A DNA stretch of 64,000 nt, taken from contig JBNRSN020000031.1 of the NCBI GenBank assembly GCA_051313645.2, positions 9,982,001-10,046,000 of the forward strand, written 5' to 3'. Origin of the DNA: Centroscyllium fabricii. Its lineage: Eukaryota. Each line of letters opens with the position of its first letter. Positions within the stretch are counted from its first letter, which is position 1. This document shows, piece by piece, positions 51,245 through 64,000 of this stretch. Below the pieces are notes generated by a model, which was given only the letters and a program-made list of their open reading frames with translations, was not told the DNA's origin and did not search any database. The translations under genes and the position numbers were made by a program.

Positions 51245-51590
51245 TCCTGCCCTTATGTGCACCTATCCTGTAATCTCTAATCTAGCACAAAGTATGTGCT
51301 CGTGTCCAACAGCCCTATGCTCACTGTCGAAGTTAAAGATTCTGCTTACTTTAACCATAACTATCATTAATGTAAGGACCTGGACCAAGTCTTCCTTTGG
51401 GCTTTTCTCCAGCAAAAATGAGTTTAATCGTTTGAGCATTTCTTTACAACTTAGTCCCCGAAGCCTGGTCTCATTCTGCTCGGTCCTCTCTATCCTTTGA
51501 GGTAGGGCAACCACAATTCTGGCAGTCTGCAGTACTGGCCTCACCACTGATCTGTACAATGTCAGTGTAATTTGTTGTGACATTTGCCTT
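51245..51590 (-). mobile_element. Old CR1-like fragment
   Basis: LYRSVVRPVL; degenerate. Confidence 0.5.
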
Positions 51591-51639
51591 ACCTACAGCT
51601 AACAAATATATTTCCTTTACTGTACTCTTCAACTAAGCA

Positions 51640-52036
51640 GTTATAGCGCCTTTTACAACCTCAGGACGTCCAACAGAGTACTTTTGAACTGTAGTCACAG
51701 TTGTAATATAGAAAACGCAGCAGGTACTTTCTCACAAAACATCAATGTGATAAATGACCATATCATTTGTTTTAATGATCTTGGTTGAGGGATAAATATT
51801 GGCCAGGACACAGAAGAGAACACCCCTGCTCATCTTCGAAATAGTACCATGGGATCTTTTTTGTCAACCCGCGAGAGCAGGCAGGGCCTCGGTTAACGGC
51901 ACCTCCAACAGTGCAGCGCTCCCTCAGTACTCCACTGAAGTGACCACGAGCACTTAAGTGCTCAAGTCTCTGGAGTGGAACTTGAATGCTCAAACGTCTG
52001 ACTCAGAAGCGAGAGTGCGATCCACTGAGCCACGGC
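51640..52036 (-). mobile_element. Deu-SINE
   Basis: Reverse match to 994-1408. Confidence 0.72.
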
Positions 52037-52168
52037 TAACAAATGACTAGTCACTTCTGCTGGCTTTTGGTCAGTTTGCGATTAGTACTTTGTGGTAACA
52101 TTTGTCTGGCACAACCAGAAATTAAAAAAGTTAAACCAGAAACCACAGACATTACTAAACATTACAAT

Positions 52169-52868
52169 GGCCCAGAAATTCGGGTCCCAACGCACGAGTA
52201 CGGACGGGGTACTCACGCGTAGGCCCATCCTAAGTGCCGGTTTCGTGCATGTGCGTGAAACCGGCACTTCCGATCCCGACAAAAGGGGTCAGGGGTCGGA
52301 ACGCGTGCGCGGGAGCGCATGTGCAATGCACTTCCGATTTATTTATTTATTTACATGTTGTGTCCGGGTAAGTATGGAAAAAGTTACGGCTGCTTTTTTA
52401 TGTGCAAAGACTGGTTTTCAGAAGGTGAGTGGTGAATTAATTCAAATGAAAACATTTTTACCCCACAGGTTTTTTATTTTTAAATACTTTAAAGGTAAGT
52501 TTATTTTTAGCCCCGTTCAAAACTGTAATGAATTTTTTTCAAAAATTTTAATTGTTTATAATTAATGTAATTGATGTTATTTTAAAAAATTTGATTTTTT
52601 AAAAAATTTATTTGAAGATTTCGTGATTTTTGGGGCTTGTAGTTTTCATACTTTTGGTGTCAAACTTATTGGAGCATTCTGTGCTCCGATTGGTTCTCCG
52701 TGGCCCACGTGATCCCTCACTGGGATACGGGAGCATGGCGCGCCGGCAGTTGAGGAGGGCCCCGCATCGGAATTCCATGCGGGCCCACAGCTCAACGGCC
52801 GGCGCGCTAGATAAGTGCAGGTTGGAGGCTTACACTCGCGGGAAGCCTCCAACCCGAATTTCTGGGCC
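52169..52868 (+). mobile_element. Non-autonomous TIR element
   Basis: 17-bp perfect TIR GGCCCAGAAATTCGGGT; TSD not evident. Confidence 0.8.
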
Positions 52869-52927
52869 TTGTCACTGTCTTACTGTAATGTGCTCATCCA
52901 CAGGGGGTCTGGTACCTGTGCCCTTAC

Positions 52928-53073
52928 CTGCAGAGCTATTTGCCACATTTCCAGCCATGGAATATGGAGAACCCTGTGGATTCATCATCCCAGCCATACT
53001 GTTCATGCCTTGACTGTAAGGGGAGCCAGTACCCATCATACCTCCCTGATTCAGGGTTGGATAACCGGGTTGC
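52928..53073 (-). CDS. ARID1A: ARID1A exon 9 equivalent, 146 nt
   Basis: [48 protein letters not shown]; ag/gtaagg. Confidence 0.93.
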
Positions 53074-53369
53074 CTGCATTAGAAAAAGGGGAAAACATTT
53101 GAGAAACGAAAGAGTTAAGCATCACCTCCAGCTGGCGCACAAATCTTACGCACATTACAAAAGATTGAAAGTGCAGTGGTCAGAAGCCCACTATGCACAA
53201 ATGGGCACGGATTTAGACTTCCTGGTACCACTTCTAATGAAGATATTCGCATCCTTGTGGGCTAGCCAACTTTTAGGACGGTGTGATGATACAAGTATTT
53301 TCGCGCCTTTAACATAGTAAAACATCGCAAGAGCGTTATAAAACAAAATGTGACACCAAACCTCACAAG

Positions 53370-54538
53370 GAAACATAGAAACTTAGAAGATAGGAGCAGG
53401 AGTAGGCCATTCGGCCCCTCGAGCCTGCTCCGCCATTTAATGAGATCATGGCTGATCATCCAAACTCAGTACCCTGTCCCTGCTTTTTTCCCATATCCCT
53501 TGATCCCTTTAGCCTTAAGAAATATATCTAACTCCTTCTTGAATATGTTTAATGAATTGGCCTCTACTGCCTTCTGTGGTAGAGAATTCCACAGGTTCAC
53601 CACTCTCTGGGTGAAGAAATTCCTCCTCATCTCTGTCCTAAATGGCTTACCACTTGTCCTTAGACTGTGACCCCTGGTTCTGGACAAACCCACCATCGGG
53701 AACATCCTCCCTGCATCTAGTCTGTCCAGTCCGGTTAGAATTTTATAAGTTTGAATAAGATCCCCTCTCATTCTTCTAAACTCCAGCGAGTATAAGCGCA
53801 ATCAACCCAATCTCTCCTCATAGATCATTCCTGCCATCCCAGGTATCAGTCTGGTGAATCTTCGCTGCACTCCCTCCATGGCAAGAACATCCTTCCTCCG
53901 ATAAGGCAACCAAAACTGCACACAATACTCAAGGTGTGGTCTCACCAAGGCCCTGTACAACTGCAGCAAGACATCCTTATTATTGTACTCGAACCCTCTC
54001 GCTACGAAGGCCAACATACCATTTGCCTTCTTAACCGCCTGCTGCACACGCATGCTTACCTTCAGCGACTGGTGCACAAGGACATAACTTCCCATTCTTG
54101 CCACCAAAGTGGATAACCTCACATTTATCCACATTATACTGCATCTGCCATGCATCTGCCCAATAACTCAGCCTGTCCAAATCATACTGGAGTTTCTCAG
54201 CATCTTCCTCACAGCACACACGCCCACCCAGCTTTGTGTCGTCTGCAAACTTGGAGATATTACATCTAGTTCCCTCGTCTAGATCATTAACATATATTGT
54301 GAATAGCTAGGGTCCTAGCACCGATCCCTGCGGTAACCCACTAGTCACTGCCTGCCAGTCGGAAAAAGACCAGTTTATTCCAACTCTTTGCTTCCTGTCT
54401 GCCAACCAGTTCTCTATCCAAGTCAGTACCTTACCCCCAATCCCATGTGCCTTAACTTTACACACTAATCTCTTATGCGGGACCTTATCGAAAGCCCTCT
54501 GAAAATCCAAATATATCACATCCACTCGTTCTCCCTTA
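53370..54538 (-). mobile_element. CR1/HER1 LINE 3' fragment
   Basis: VDVIYLDFQRAFDKVPH, LVRPHLEYCVQFW, FTQRVVNLWNSLP. Confidence 0.9.
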
Positions 54539-54539
54539 T

Positions 54540-54832
54540 AGGAGATATTAGGGCAGATGGCCAAATGCTAGAGGTAGGTTTTAAGGAGCGTCTTTAAAGG
54601 AGGAAAGAGAGGTAGAGATGCAGAGAGGTTTAGGGAGGGAATTCCGGAGGTCAGGCCTTGGCAGCTGAAGGCACAGCCACCTACGGTGGAGCGACTGAAA
54701 TCAAAGATGCTCAAGAGACCAGAATTAGAGGAGCGCAGATATCTTGGAGGGTTGTGTGACGGAGGAGGAGATTAGAGATAAAAGAGGCGAGGCCATGGAG
54801 GGATTTGAAAGCAAGGATGAGAATTTTAATAT
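54540..54832 (-). mobile_element. L2-like LINE fragment
   Basis: Purine-rich reverse of an L2 RT C-terminus (GCCTTCAGCTGCCAAGGCC...GGAATTCCCTCCCTAAAC). Confidence 0.55.
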
Positions 54833-54884
54833 CAGCTTCTCAGGTCATTGGCCTCCGTGTGTCATTCGAGGACTCTGGCTAATT

Positions 54885-55411
54885 GCATGGTGCACCAAGA
54901 GCAACGGTCAACAGAGCGAGTGCACCTCACCTCCTGACACCTAAGCGGCTTTGCGTCTCCGGGGGTAACGCTGTCCGCTGCAGTTCTGGGTCTGTTCGCT
55001 CTGAGAGGACGGCATGGTCGGCGAGGTGGTGTACCGGGGTCGGCGCGGCGGAGTTGTCGGAGCACCGGGGTGTCTGCGGTCGGAGTATCGGGGGCGCACT
55101 GAGGCCGGCACGGTCGGAGCGCCGAGGCCCGAGGCCCGGGGGCCTTGAGGACTGTGTATTGGACCTGGAGCTGGAGCCGGAGCCTGCGAGGTCGCTGAGG
55201 TCGGAGCGCTTGGTCGCCGAGGTCGGAGCGCTGGAGCCTGCGTGGTCGTGGCGCCGGAGGTCGGCGAGTTCGTGTTGCCCGGGCCTGCATGGTTGGAACA
55301 CCGGGACCGACAGACTGGGACTTCAGTAGAGGACATTTAACATCTGCAAGAACTACATTTCGTTGTATGGTCTTTTCTGTACAATGACAATAAATTGAAC
55401 CTAATACCTAA
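54885..55411 (+). mobile_element. GC-rich non-autonomous retroelement with Rex1-like tail
   Basis: CpG-rich body with GGTCGGAGCGC repeats, ends AATGACAATAAA plus short tandem tail. Confidence 0.5.
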
Positions 55412-55477
55412 TAATTTAAACATCTTCAGGACTGATTGGTTAACCACCCCTCACCCAAACACAACATTTTAGTATCA

Positions 55478-55785
55478 GATCATAAGAACGGGATTAGGCC
55501 ATTCAGCCCCTTGACCCTGTTCCGTCAATCAATTAAGATCCTGGCTGATCGGTCTCTCAACTCCATCTATCCACCTTGGTTCTGGAACCCTTACCCAAAA
55601 AAAAAAAAATCTACCTGTTTTGAATTTCACAATTGACCCTGCAGCCTCAACAGATTTTTGGGAAAGAGTTCCAGATTTCCACTACCCTTTGTTTGAAGAA
55701 CTGCTTCCTGACATCACCCCTTAACGGCCTAGCTCTCGTTTAAGATTTTGCCCCCTTGTTCTGGACAACCCCAGCAGAGGAAAAA
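55478..55785 (-). mobile_element. CR1 3' UTR fragment
   Basis: AGGCCATTCAGCCCC...GATCCTGGCTGATC motif. Confidence 0.7.
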
Positions 55786-57140
55786 GCTTGCTGTACAATG
55801 TAACAGTAAATAACAGAACTACTATGCAAACTAAACAAAAAAAGACATTACAAAATTATACCTACCCAGACCTGTCATTTAGATATCAAACTCTGATAAT
55901 CATGTTGTATATTTAATATCTTGAACTCCTAGATCCTGTCACTGTACCAAGTTGTGGGTTTAGTATATTTGACTTCTATTGAACTACTGGCCAGTTTAAT
56001 GCCCCTTGCCGCCTCAATCCTGCATCTCATTCTCAATGCACTTTTCAGACAACAGTTACTATTGCTACTACACACTGAATCTATTGCTACTACACATTGA
56101 ATCTTTGACTCATTTGATAGAATAATCAAGGCCGCAGATTCATAGTTTTCACAGAAAAACTGGCAAAAATCTCAGGAAAATCGCGTAATCCCACGTGATA
56201 GCAAATTTAACTTTTTGAATCATCAAACTGTAGCTCTGACGATCAATTATACACCAATCATTTTGTTCACGTTAACAACTGGAACAAATGGGAGTGTAAA
56301 CTTGATGCACCAACAGTAACATTGTGATTCTGAAGATGTCGTGTGCCCTCCACACCCAACGTTGCGTGAGCTGCCGAGTGTGGCATTCCACCCAGGGTCA
56401 CTGATACTGACGGGTACAATGACTGTCTCCCACTTCAGCCACCCGCAGGAACCCAGATACGGCAACGAATGGCTGGAAAACTAGCACCGTGCATTACTGC
56501 CCGATACACCACACATGGCTGTGATTGGACTGCTCAACCTGCTCGCAGTTGTTTACTTGCTGCAGTTCACTCCTGCGAAATCGCACTAATCAATTCCCAG
56601 TTCAACTGTCAATCCCAATCCTCCTCATTACCTTCAGCACAGAAACGGAGACTAATTAGAATTCATACAATTAAAGATAGTGAACCTGCAGGCCCATGTG
56701 CTGGCAACAATACCTTCCACTCCACTGCAGCATTCTTCAGACAAAGCCACCATGATATTAATCCCAGATAGATGCATCTATATACACACATATACCATAA
56801 ACAACCCCCAATTCAAGGATCCCTGCTCCAGCCCCAGTACCTGGTCCGACTCTGGGACCCGCACCACCCCCCCAACCCCAAGTACCCGCCCCCTCCTGCT
56901 AACTTTGATCAAATTAATGCTCCAGTAATCTGCTTGCAGCCATTCTGCACAATGAGCTCAGGTTACAGCACCACATCTCACTATAACATGTTAATAAAAC
57001 ATAATATCTCACCTTCAACTTCCCAATATTCATTCCCCTGAAACTTCCCAGTTCATGCTCTTCTCCATTTTGTTGGTTCCCACTGCAGTGTCTTCAGTTT
57101 TGTTTTAATCTTTCAGCCATGCACTCACTGCTCCACTTAC

Positions 57141-57456
57141 CTGTTCTGTACCGAGTTTGCGGCTGCATGCATCGCAGCAACTGCTGCATCCTGAGCCTTG
57201 CGGTTCATAGCTGGTGGCGGGCACATTCCTGAGGTCATTTGTGCCGATAGGTTTGCTGTATTAGGTGTCATATTGCCTCCATACGGCCGGCTACCCATCG
57301 CCGCAGGGCCCATCCTCCCCGGTGGCATCCCACCATAAGGCGGTGCTGGACCCTGACCGTGCATTTGGTTGCCAGCGGTCATCGCATTCATGGTGCCACC
57401 TAAGCCGTAGTTTGCGTTGGGCATTGTGTTATAGTTGGGTTGTCTGGGATAGCCCC
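57141..57456 (-). CDS. ARID1A: ARID1A exon 8 equivalent, 316 nt
   Basis: [17 protein letters not shown]...[29 protein letters not shown]; ag/gtaagt. Confidence 0.95.
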
Positions 57457-58290
57457 CTGTTTAAAAGAGAAACAGGTGTAAAATAAGCAGAACAGAAATG
57501 TGCCTCAATCCATCGGAAATAAAAACAGAAAATGCTGGAAATACTCAGCAGGTCATGGAATCATCGGTGGAGAGAGAAACTGAGAGAATGTTTCAGCTCG
57601 ATGACCTAGTCAGTATTTTGCTTTTGCCTCAATTTAATCTGCCTCGGTCAAAATAATGAGTTGACCAAAAATACATTTCAACCCTTAGATGAAGGAGGAT
57701 TTTTTAAAAGTGTGTCTTGACAACGAGGAAAATAATCCACAATAACTGAAGAATGTGAATGTGATCTGCAGATACATGATTGCACCATGACACCCTGTAA
57801 TCTCAAACACACACTAACCTCACTCCCATTGGCAGCTCAGCACCATTAGCAAAGCAACAGCAAGGGAGAAATACAGCTCAAAGCGCTCATGGCCAGTTTG
57901 GCAAGAGACAGCTGACAGTGGTACAATAAAAAGGGAGGAAATCCCTTGAAGCACACTTCCCAAGTGTGGCATTGCACAACATGTGAGCAAAGCAACAAAG
58001 TTAGTTTATCCAATTCTGTTAGTGTTAATAGTACAAGTCCATGATGAATTCACACAGCAAGTGTGCAACCGTCCATCTAAGTATTCACAGCAGAAAATTG
58101 CTGAATTTCATTTGCACACATGCGATTACACTGAAACAGGTGTTTACATCGTGGGAGACAAGTAGCCCGTCTGCTAAATGCCCTTCCTGTGACACAGGGT
58201 GCAATCAGTGCAGGTGGTTGGGGAGAGTCACATCGATACACAAGTTCCAACTCTTATACCCCAACTCGTCATACAAAACACCACACTCAC

Positions 58291-58458
58291 CTTGAGGTCC
58301 GTACTGGGCACCTTGAGGCCCATAGTTTGCAGAGTTATTCTGCTGATACGAGCTCATCCCAGCATGCATCTGGCCCCCAGAAGATTGGCGTGGAGACAAC
58401 GCTGACCCTGTCTGTGGAGAGCTGTACTGAGGCAGCTGGGGGGGTCTCTGCATGTAAC
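58291..58458 (-). CDS. ARID1A: ARID1A exon 7 equivalent, 168 nt
   Basis: [35 protein letters not shown]...QYGPQ; ag/gtgagt. Confidence 0.95.
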
Positions 58459-59411
58459 CTGTAGATGGGGAAAAGACACAGTTCAGTGAAAACCAGGAAA
58501 GGCTTTAAGCTGAACATGTAACTCACAGCAAAAGTAATTCACTGTCTGAAGCATCTTGAGACATTTTACTTGCATGGTGAAGCCCCGTATAAAGGGCAAG
58601 GATTTCTCCTCTTAAATTCAAATGCCCCAAACTTGATCAATTTCAACTCAAACTCATAGGACCCATTCCAACTAATTTCCCTCGCCCAAATATGTAACTT
58701 CAGTCTGCAATTCAATTCACTTATTAGAGATCTGGGGTAAAATATTCATTAAACGTTTCCCGCTTGCACATTTTATCAAAGATACTTTTGCCATCATCCC
58801 ACCCCAGACAGCTCAGTGAGTTTGTGTGGAATATGAGCAAGTCATACAGAGCAGAAAGGTCTCGGGTTCAATTCCTGGTATGTGCTGAGTTGGCTGGTCT
58901 CAGTAGTTGAGGCAGAGACCAATGCACCTTTGAAGGGAGAAGTAGATAAAACATCGACGGTTGAGAAAGATACAGGGCCACAAGAGCCAGTGGCATTAGG
59001 TTTTTGGATTACGCAAAGGAGCGAGCAGAGACGCGATAAGCTGACTGGACTCCTTCTGCTCTGTAAGCTCCTGGACAGCAGTAATTGGTGTGCTCCAATT
59101 GGCCAGGTACCAGTGTATGTGTGACTGGCACCTCACTGTACCACACAGCACGACCAATGCCCTCAGGAGGGGGAAAGAATTTGCCAGAAATAGAAAAGCC
59201 TTTCAATTGTAACACTAGTTTTAAAACCATGTCCTGCTAATATTAAGATAACTGTAACTGCAGCATGGCACCTCTAGTCTGCAAGTTAATACGTTTACAC
59301 CTTTTGTGTCCATGGCAGTGAATTATTTCAGCTAAGAGTAGTGAGCACAGATTGAATATGGTTTGGCATTCTCACTTTCTAGTCAGCTGCACGGGTGGAC
59401 TGTGAACTCAC

Positions 59412-59501
59412 CTCGGTCCTGCCCCATAGCAGATGGGTTCATGGCGGGGTGTAGAATTCCATCGGACTGACCGCTTGGAGGGCGGGGTGGCATCTGATTA
59501 C
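59412..59501 (-). CDS. ARID1A: ARID1A exon 6 equivalent, 90 nt
   Basis: [30 protein letters not shown]; ag/gtgagt sites, phase 1-1. Confidence 0.93.
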
Positions 59502-60164
59502 CTGGCATGCAAAGAATTCTCAAGTTACTCGTTACTCAAAGGAACGAGGGAGCATTGCTGCAGGGTGCAGTGGGGTGGGGAATTGGGATTGCAGCCCCTT
59601 CAACAAGCAATGGGATAAGCTGAGTACAGTATTTAACCCAGCTGGTGTTAGAGGAACAGATAGGCGTGCAGCTCAAACACGGTGTCCTGGTTGGGCGGCA
59701 GATGCCCAGCTGCATTAATTTTTAACGCAGGGTTTGAGGTAGAGTCTGGGGTTTCCATCTGTTTTCTGTAGCCCTCTCGCATAGTTGCTATTTCTTTACA
59801 TTGAGTCCACTTTAGTGCCGTATGTAACTAATTAACAACCTCAAGCCCCGATTAGATTTCGGTTTGTGCTCCAAAACGGGTCATGTTTGGCGCAACTCGG
59901 ATCATGTGATGCTCCAAAAAAAACTTTCGGTTTTCGGAGTTGCGGATAAAGGATTTTGAACCTGTACTTCACCACTCGGACTGCAGCGTCTCAAGGCGGC
60001 AGCTCACCACCACCTTCTCAAGGGCAATAAACGCTGGCCTTGCCAGTGACGCCCACATCCAAGGAACGAATAAACCGTTACAAAGATGGCAATTAACCCT
60101 TTCAGTTTTGGCAATCTTGAGCTTTCCAATTTCCCCCTACTATTGACAAAGATAATAAAATTCA

Positions 60165-60500
<336 letters not shown>

Positions 60501-62711
60501 CTACAAACCCAGAAGCACAATTAGTTCACCTGCTCTTCTTATGTAATAACATTTATGTCAGATTTTTTTTTAATTGATAATCGTGAACTTTTCTCACTTC
60601 TGCAAGTACCGAAATGATGACAATTATTGGTTAAAGAAATGAAGCAAAGCTGGACTATGCATCATGTGGGAACAGTCTCCTGGGGGACCAAACTCATTAG
60701 AAACTATAAAATACAAACCAGTTTCCTTCATTAACGAGAGGAAGCAATCATCTGAACAGTCTAACGAAACCCCTTTATTGCACAACTCCCAGTCCATGCT
60801 CTTCCTGTACGCTCATCTCCAAAAGGCCACCTCTAGCTGGTAAAGAATTGCTCGCAAACGGAGCCCCCCCCCCCACCCCTCCAATACCCAGCACCCCCCA
60901 CAATCCCAATACAAACACTGCTCAGTGTTCAATGAGTGGCCGATGGGCATGTCCTCCCCACAGTCCAGCTGAAACTGGTCACGTCAGTCAGAGAGTCTGA
61001 AATTGGGGCAGAATGTGTCAGACATGCGTCTGGCACCAAAACAACAAAACAGATACAAAATAAGGCAAGAAACAGAAATCACCCAATACATATTGGCTGT
61101 GGAATAATTAAAAATATGTCTTTAGCTCAAAAAAAAGCGAACATACATTTGCTTTGGTAGAGTTGCTGTTCAACTACATCAAATACAAAGAGTTGTGTTT
61201 ATATAGTGCCCAATTGGAGGAGGGCGCGCGTGTCGGGGGAGCAGCACTACGGGGTGGGAAGTGGAAGCGGTGCGCTGCTGACAGTCACGTTTTAAATGTA
61301 GATCTCAGCACACCGTGACCTTTGAGAGAGTTCGAAATGATGGACTTGGAGGGGTGACGCCTCACTGCACATCTTTTAAAACCCAACTCTGGGATTGGCT
61401 GATGTTAAGCTTTCACTTTAAACTGTGGGTGGTGGGGTTGGAGAGTGGGTATTCACGCCTGCTCCTGCCATGTTTTAAGTGTAGCCCTGGCTGGCACAGC
61501 CTGTCAGTCCGGGATTACCATCCTCTCATGCACAATGACATCATCACATCACATTTAAATTACTGGAACTACTTTTTTCTTGCTCTTTGAAAATGTGTTC
61601 AAAGCATTAGACAACAATCGAGTAATTAGCTATCAGCTGGAGACAGGACAAGGGCCACAGTTAAATCTCCCCATGTGTGGAAGTCCTACTAGAATCACCG
61701 CACAATCCAAGACCGTGCACAGTTCAAACTCATTTCCCTTTTATAATTTTATTTTTAGTGTGATTGTAAACAGAGATGCGTGAAAGCCCTCACATTTTAT
61801 ATCCCACTCACACTGCTGACCATAATCCACAGCTTGGGCCATACACATGCTGTATGAGATTTCATAATGTACCAGTTCTCAACACACACGGGCTGCCCAA
61901 AATTTAATCAGTCCCACCCTACAGACTCAGCCCACTATCCTCCCTCATATCACAGACTCCGCCTGCGAAAAGAGCCTGCAGCAAACTTGCTCCATTAGCC
62001 TCCGCCTTCTTCAAATCATTGCGTATTAATTTATTGCTTCCGTTGTCCCCTGAACAGGCCATGACTGAGGCACACTATCAGGCAGCCCTTCAACTGCCAA
62101 GTTTGAATCTCAGCAACACTTTGAATCAGCTCTTCCAACAACACGCTCAGTAGCTGCATCATCATTTAGCTAGTTACAGGACACAAACTCAAAATCACAA
62201 ACTTCTTCTATCCGCATGTCTACTCCCCACCCCCAGCCCCCATAAACAAGCAGAGACAGTAATCCTGAACAATCATAGAACATTAGGTTACAAGAACTAA
62301 CCCGGCCTCTTTTGCACAGTGCTGGCTGCTCCCTAACCATCTTACAAAATGGTGGTTAAACAAGAGAAAATGGCAGCCCCAGTCACCATGTCCATGTAGG
62401 GAGGTTCTGCCCAAGAAATCTAACTTATTCTAGTGACAAAAGCTACCAGGTTATCCCAATACATTGGTTACAACATGTAATGGGTTAATATTCAAATGAA
62501 CTGCTTGTCCTTGAATCAGCAGCATGGGAACTGTTAGACACACACAGAACCAGCTCGCAAGTACTCTCAGATTAATACAGCACACCGGGAATCAGCCAGT
62601 ATGCAGTTTCATTCCACACACACCATTGCCCTACTCCTGTTTTAGAACGAGTTGCTTTCACGGTGACGACAAATTAATTTTTAGTCTTTAGTTGATACGG
62701 GCGTGGGCTGC

Positions 62712-63515
62712 CGCATCTAGTTTTGCGATGTTGAAGGTGCTATACTGAAGTCGAGGAGGCAGGGATCACTCAGGGTATTAACGCCGCAACTGGGAGGGAA
62801 TCTAACATTAACAGGGCTTCACACATAAATATTCCATTAAGCAGAAGGTTACATTACTGGACAAAAGAAGCCATGCCACTTTGAAAAAACAGTTTCTATT
62901 CCTATGCTTCCACTCCAGTGAAATGTGCAATAAAGATTAGAATTGTTCCTGTGGTCCGATCCCAATATTGTTGATCTGCAGTGAGCGCAGCGCAGATTCA
63001 AAGAGCCTCTTGCTGATGTGACACTCTCTCTCTCTCCCATCCTGTCAGTGTTCAGCCGGCATTTACATTTGTAAACAATAACAGAGTGAGTGGATTGGTT
63101 TGTCTCACGTGTTTTCCATGTGCTTTCGATTTATGGCCCATCTGCCATTACCATCAAAATACTGGAAGCTGTCCAAGTATTTCACACTGAATCTCACACT
63201 CCTGGCTGGTTCCCTAACAAAAGCCTCGAGCTTTCTTTTGAAATCTTGCCCAGTTTTATTTCGGGCTCTGACCTGATGAATGAGTGTTGATTACTCCACG
63301 GAGTCTGATGTGTTGAGGTGGTGTCACTATGTATTCGCTGCTCCCTGACATTTCCTACACACTTGGCCACTCCTGCCGCTGCACCCCCGCCCACACACCC
63401 CCCCCCCCCCACCCCACCCCGGGGGTACACGATGCTGACCTCCGCCCCGCCCTGGGGGCACGCTGCGCATCTAGTTTTGCGATGTTGAAGGTGCTATACT
63501 GAAGTCGAGGAGGCA
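62712..63515 (+). repeat. Perfect 50-bp direct repeat (62712-62761 and 63466-63515)
   Basis: CGCATCTAGTTTTGCGATGTTGAAGGTGCTATACTGAAGTCGAGGAGGCA twice. Confidence 0.9.
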
Positions 63516-64000
63516 CACCAGGCGCACATCAAGCAACTCAGCAATTGTGCTTTCTACACTAATGCATCTCCTTCAATAAATAACAATGTCTTTAAGCTCC
63601 ATGTGTTGCCTTCACCCACATTACACGCAGCACCCCCCCTCCCTCCCCCCCCCCCACCGAGACTGGTTCCTCCTTATTCCCGGTCAAAGTTCGTGTCTCT
63701 AAACTACTTCTCTCACCTTCCCCCATTTCCTTCAGAGCTCAATGCACAAATTTAAAAAAAAACTCATTCAGATTCACAGAGGCCGGCTGATGGGAACTGG
63801 CAACATATAAATTGAAGCCACTATTCTGGATGTCTGAATCTGGATCTGAACACCAGGCACAGATAGTGTTGTCACACTGTCTGCCCCCATGGGTACCCTG
63901 CACTGGCTCCATTTCTGAAACTGCTTCCATTACGTACGCATGGTGCAGGGGAATCGGTACAGAATCGGTCTCCGGCAAAAGCCACTTCAAACACATTCCA

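Overview
Vertebrate nuclear DNA, almost certainly a shark or ray, given HE1-type V-SINEs, SacSINE1-like Deu-SINEs and HER1/CR1 LINEs. The main feature is the 3' part of ARID1A (BAF250a) on the minus strand: 16 coding exons (equivalent to human exons 5-20) between 9973 and 60500, all with GT-AG sites and compatible phases, joining into 1585 aa plus stop. Its 3' UTR runs into an assembly gap at 8843-8993. The introns are packed with nested mobile elements: CR1, L2 and Rex1 LINE fragments; SINEs; at least eight TA-flanked CAGGT-ended (Tigger/pogo-like) MITEs; a TIR family carrying arrays of splice-donor motifs; a Penelope-type inverted repeat with a hammerhead core; and a 2.49-kb PIF/Harbinger element with a spliced, open transposase but no Myb partner gene. 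There are five large minisatellites, one of them expanded inside a MITE. A possible small unannotated spliced gene lies downstream of ARID1A (5072-7984, minus). All coordinates were read by eye, no database searches were run, and family names come from motif recognition.
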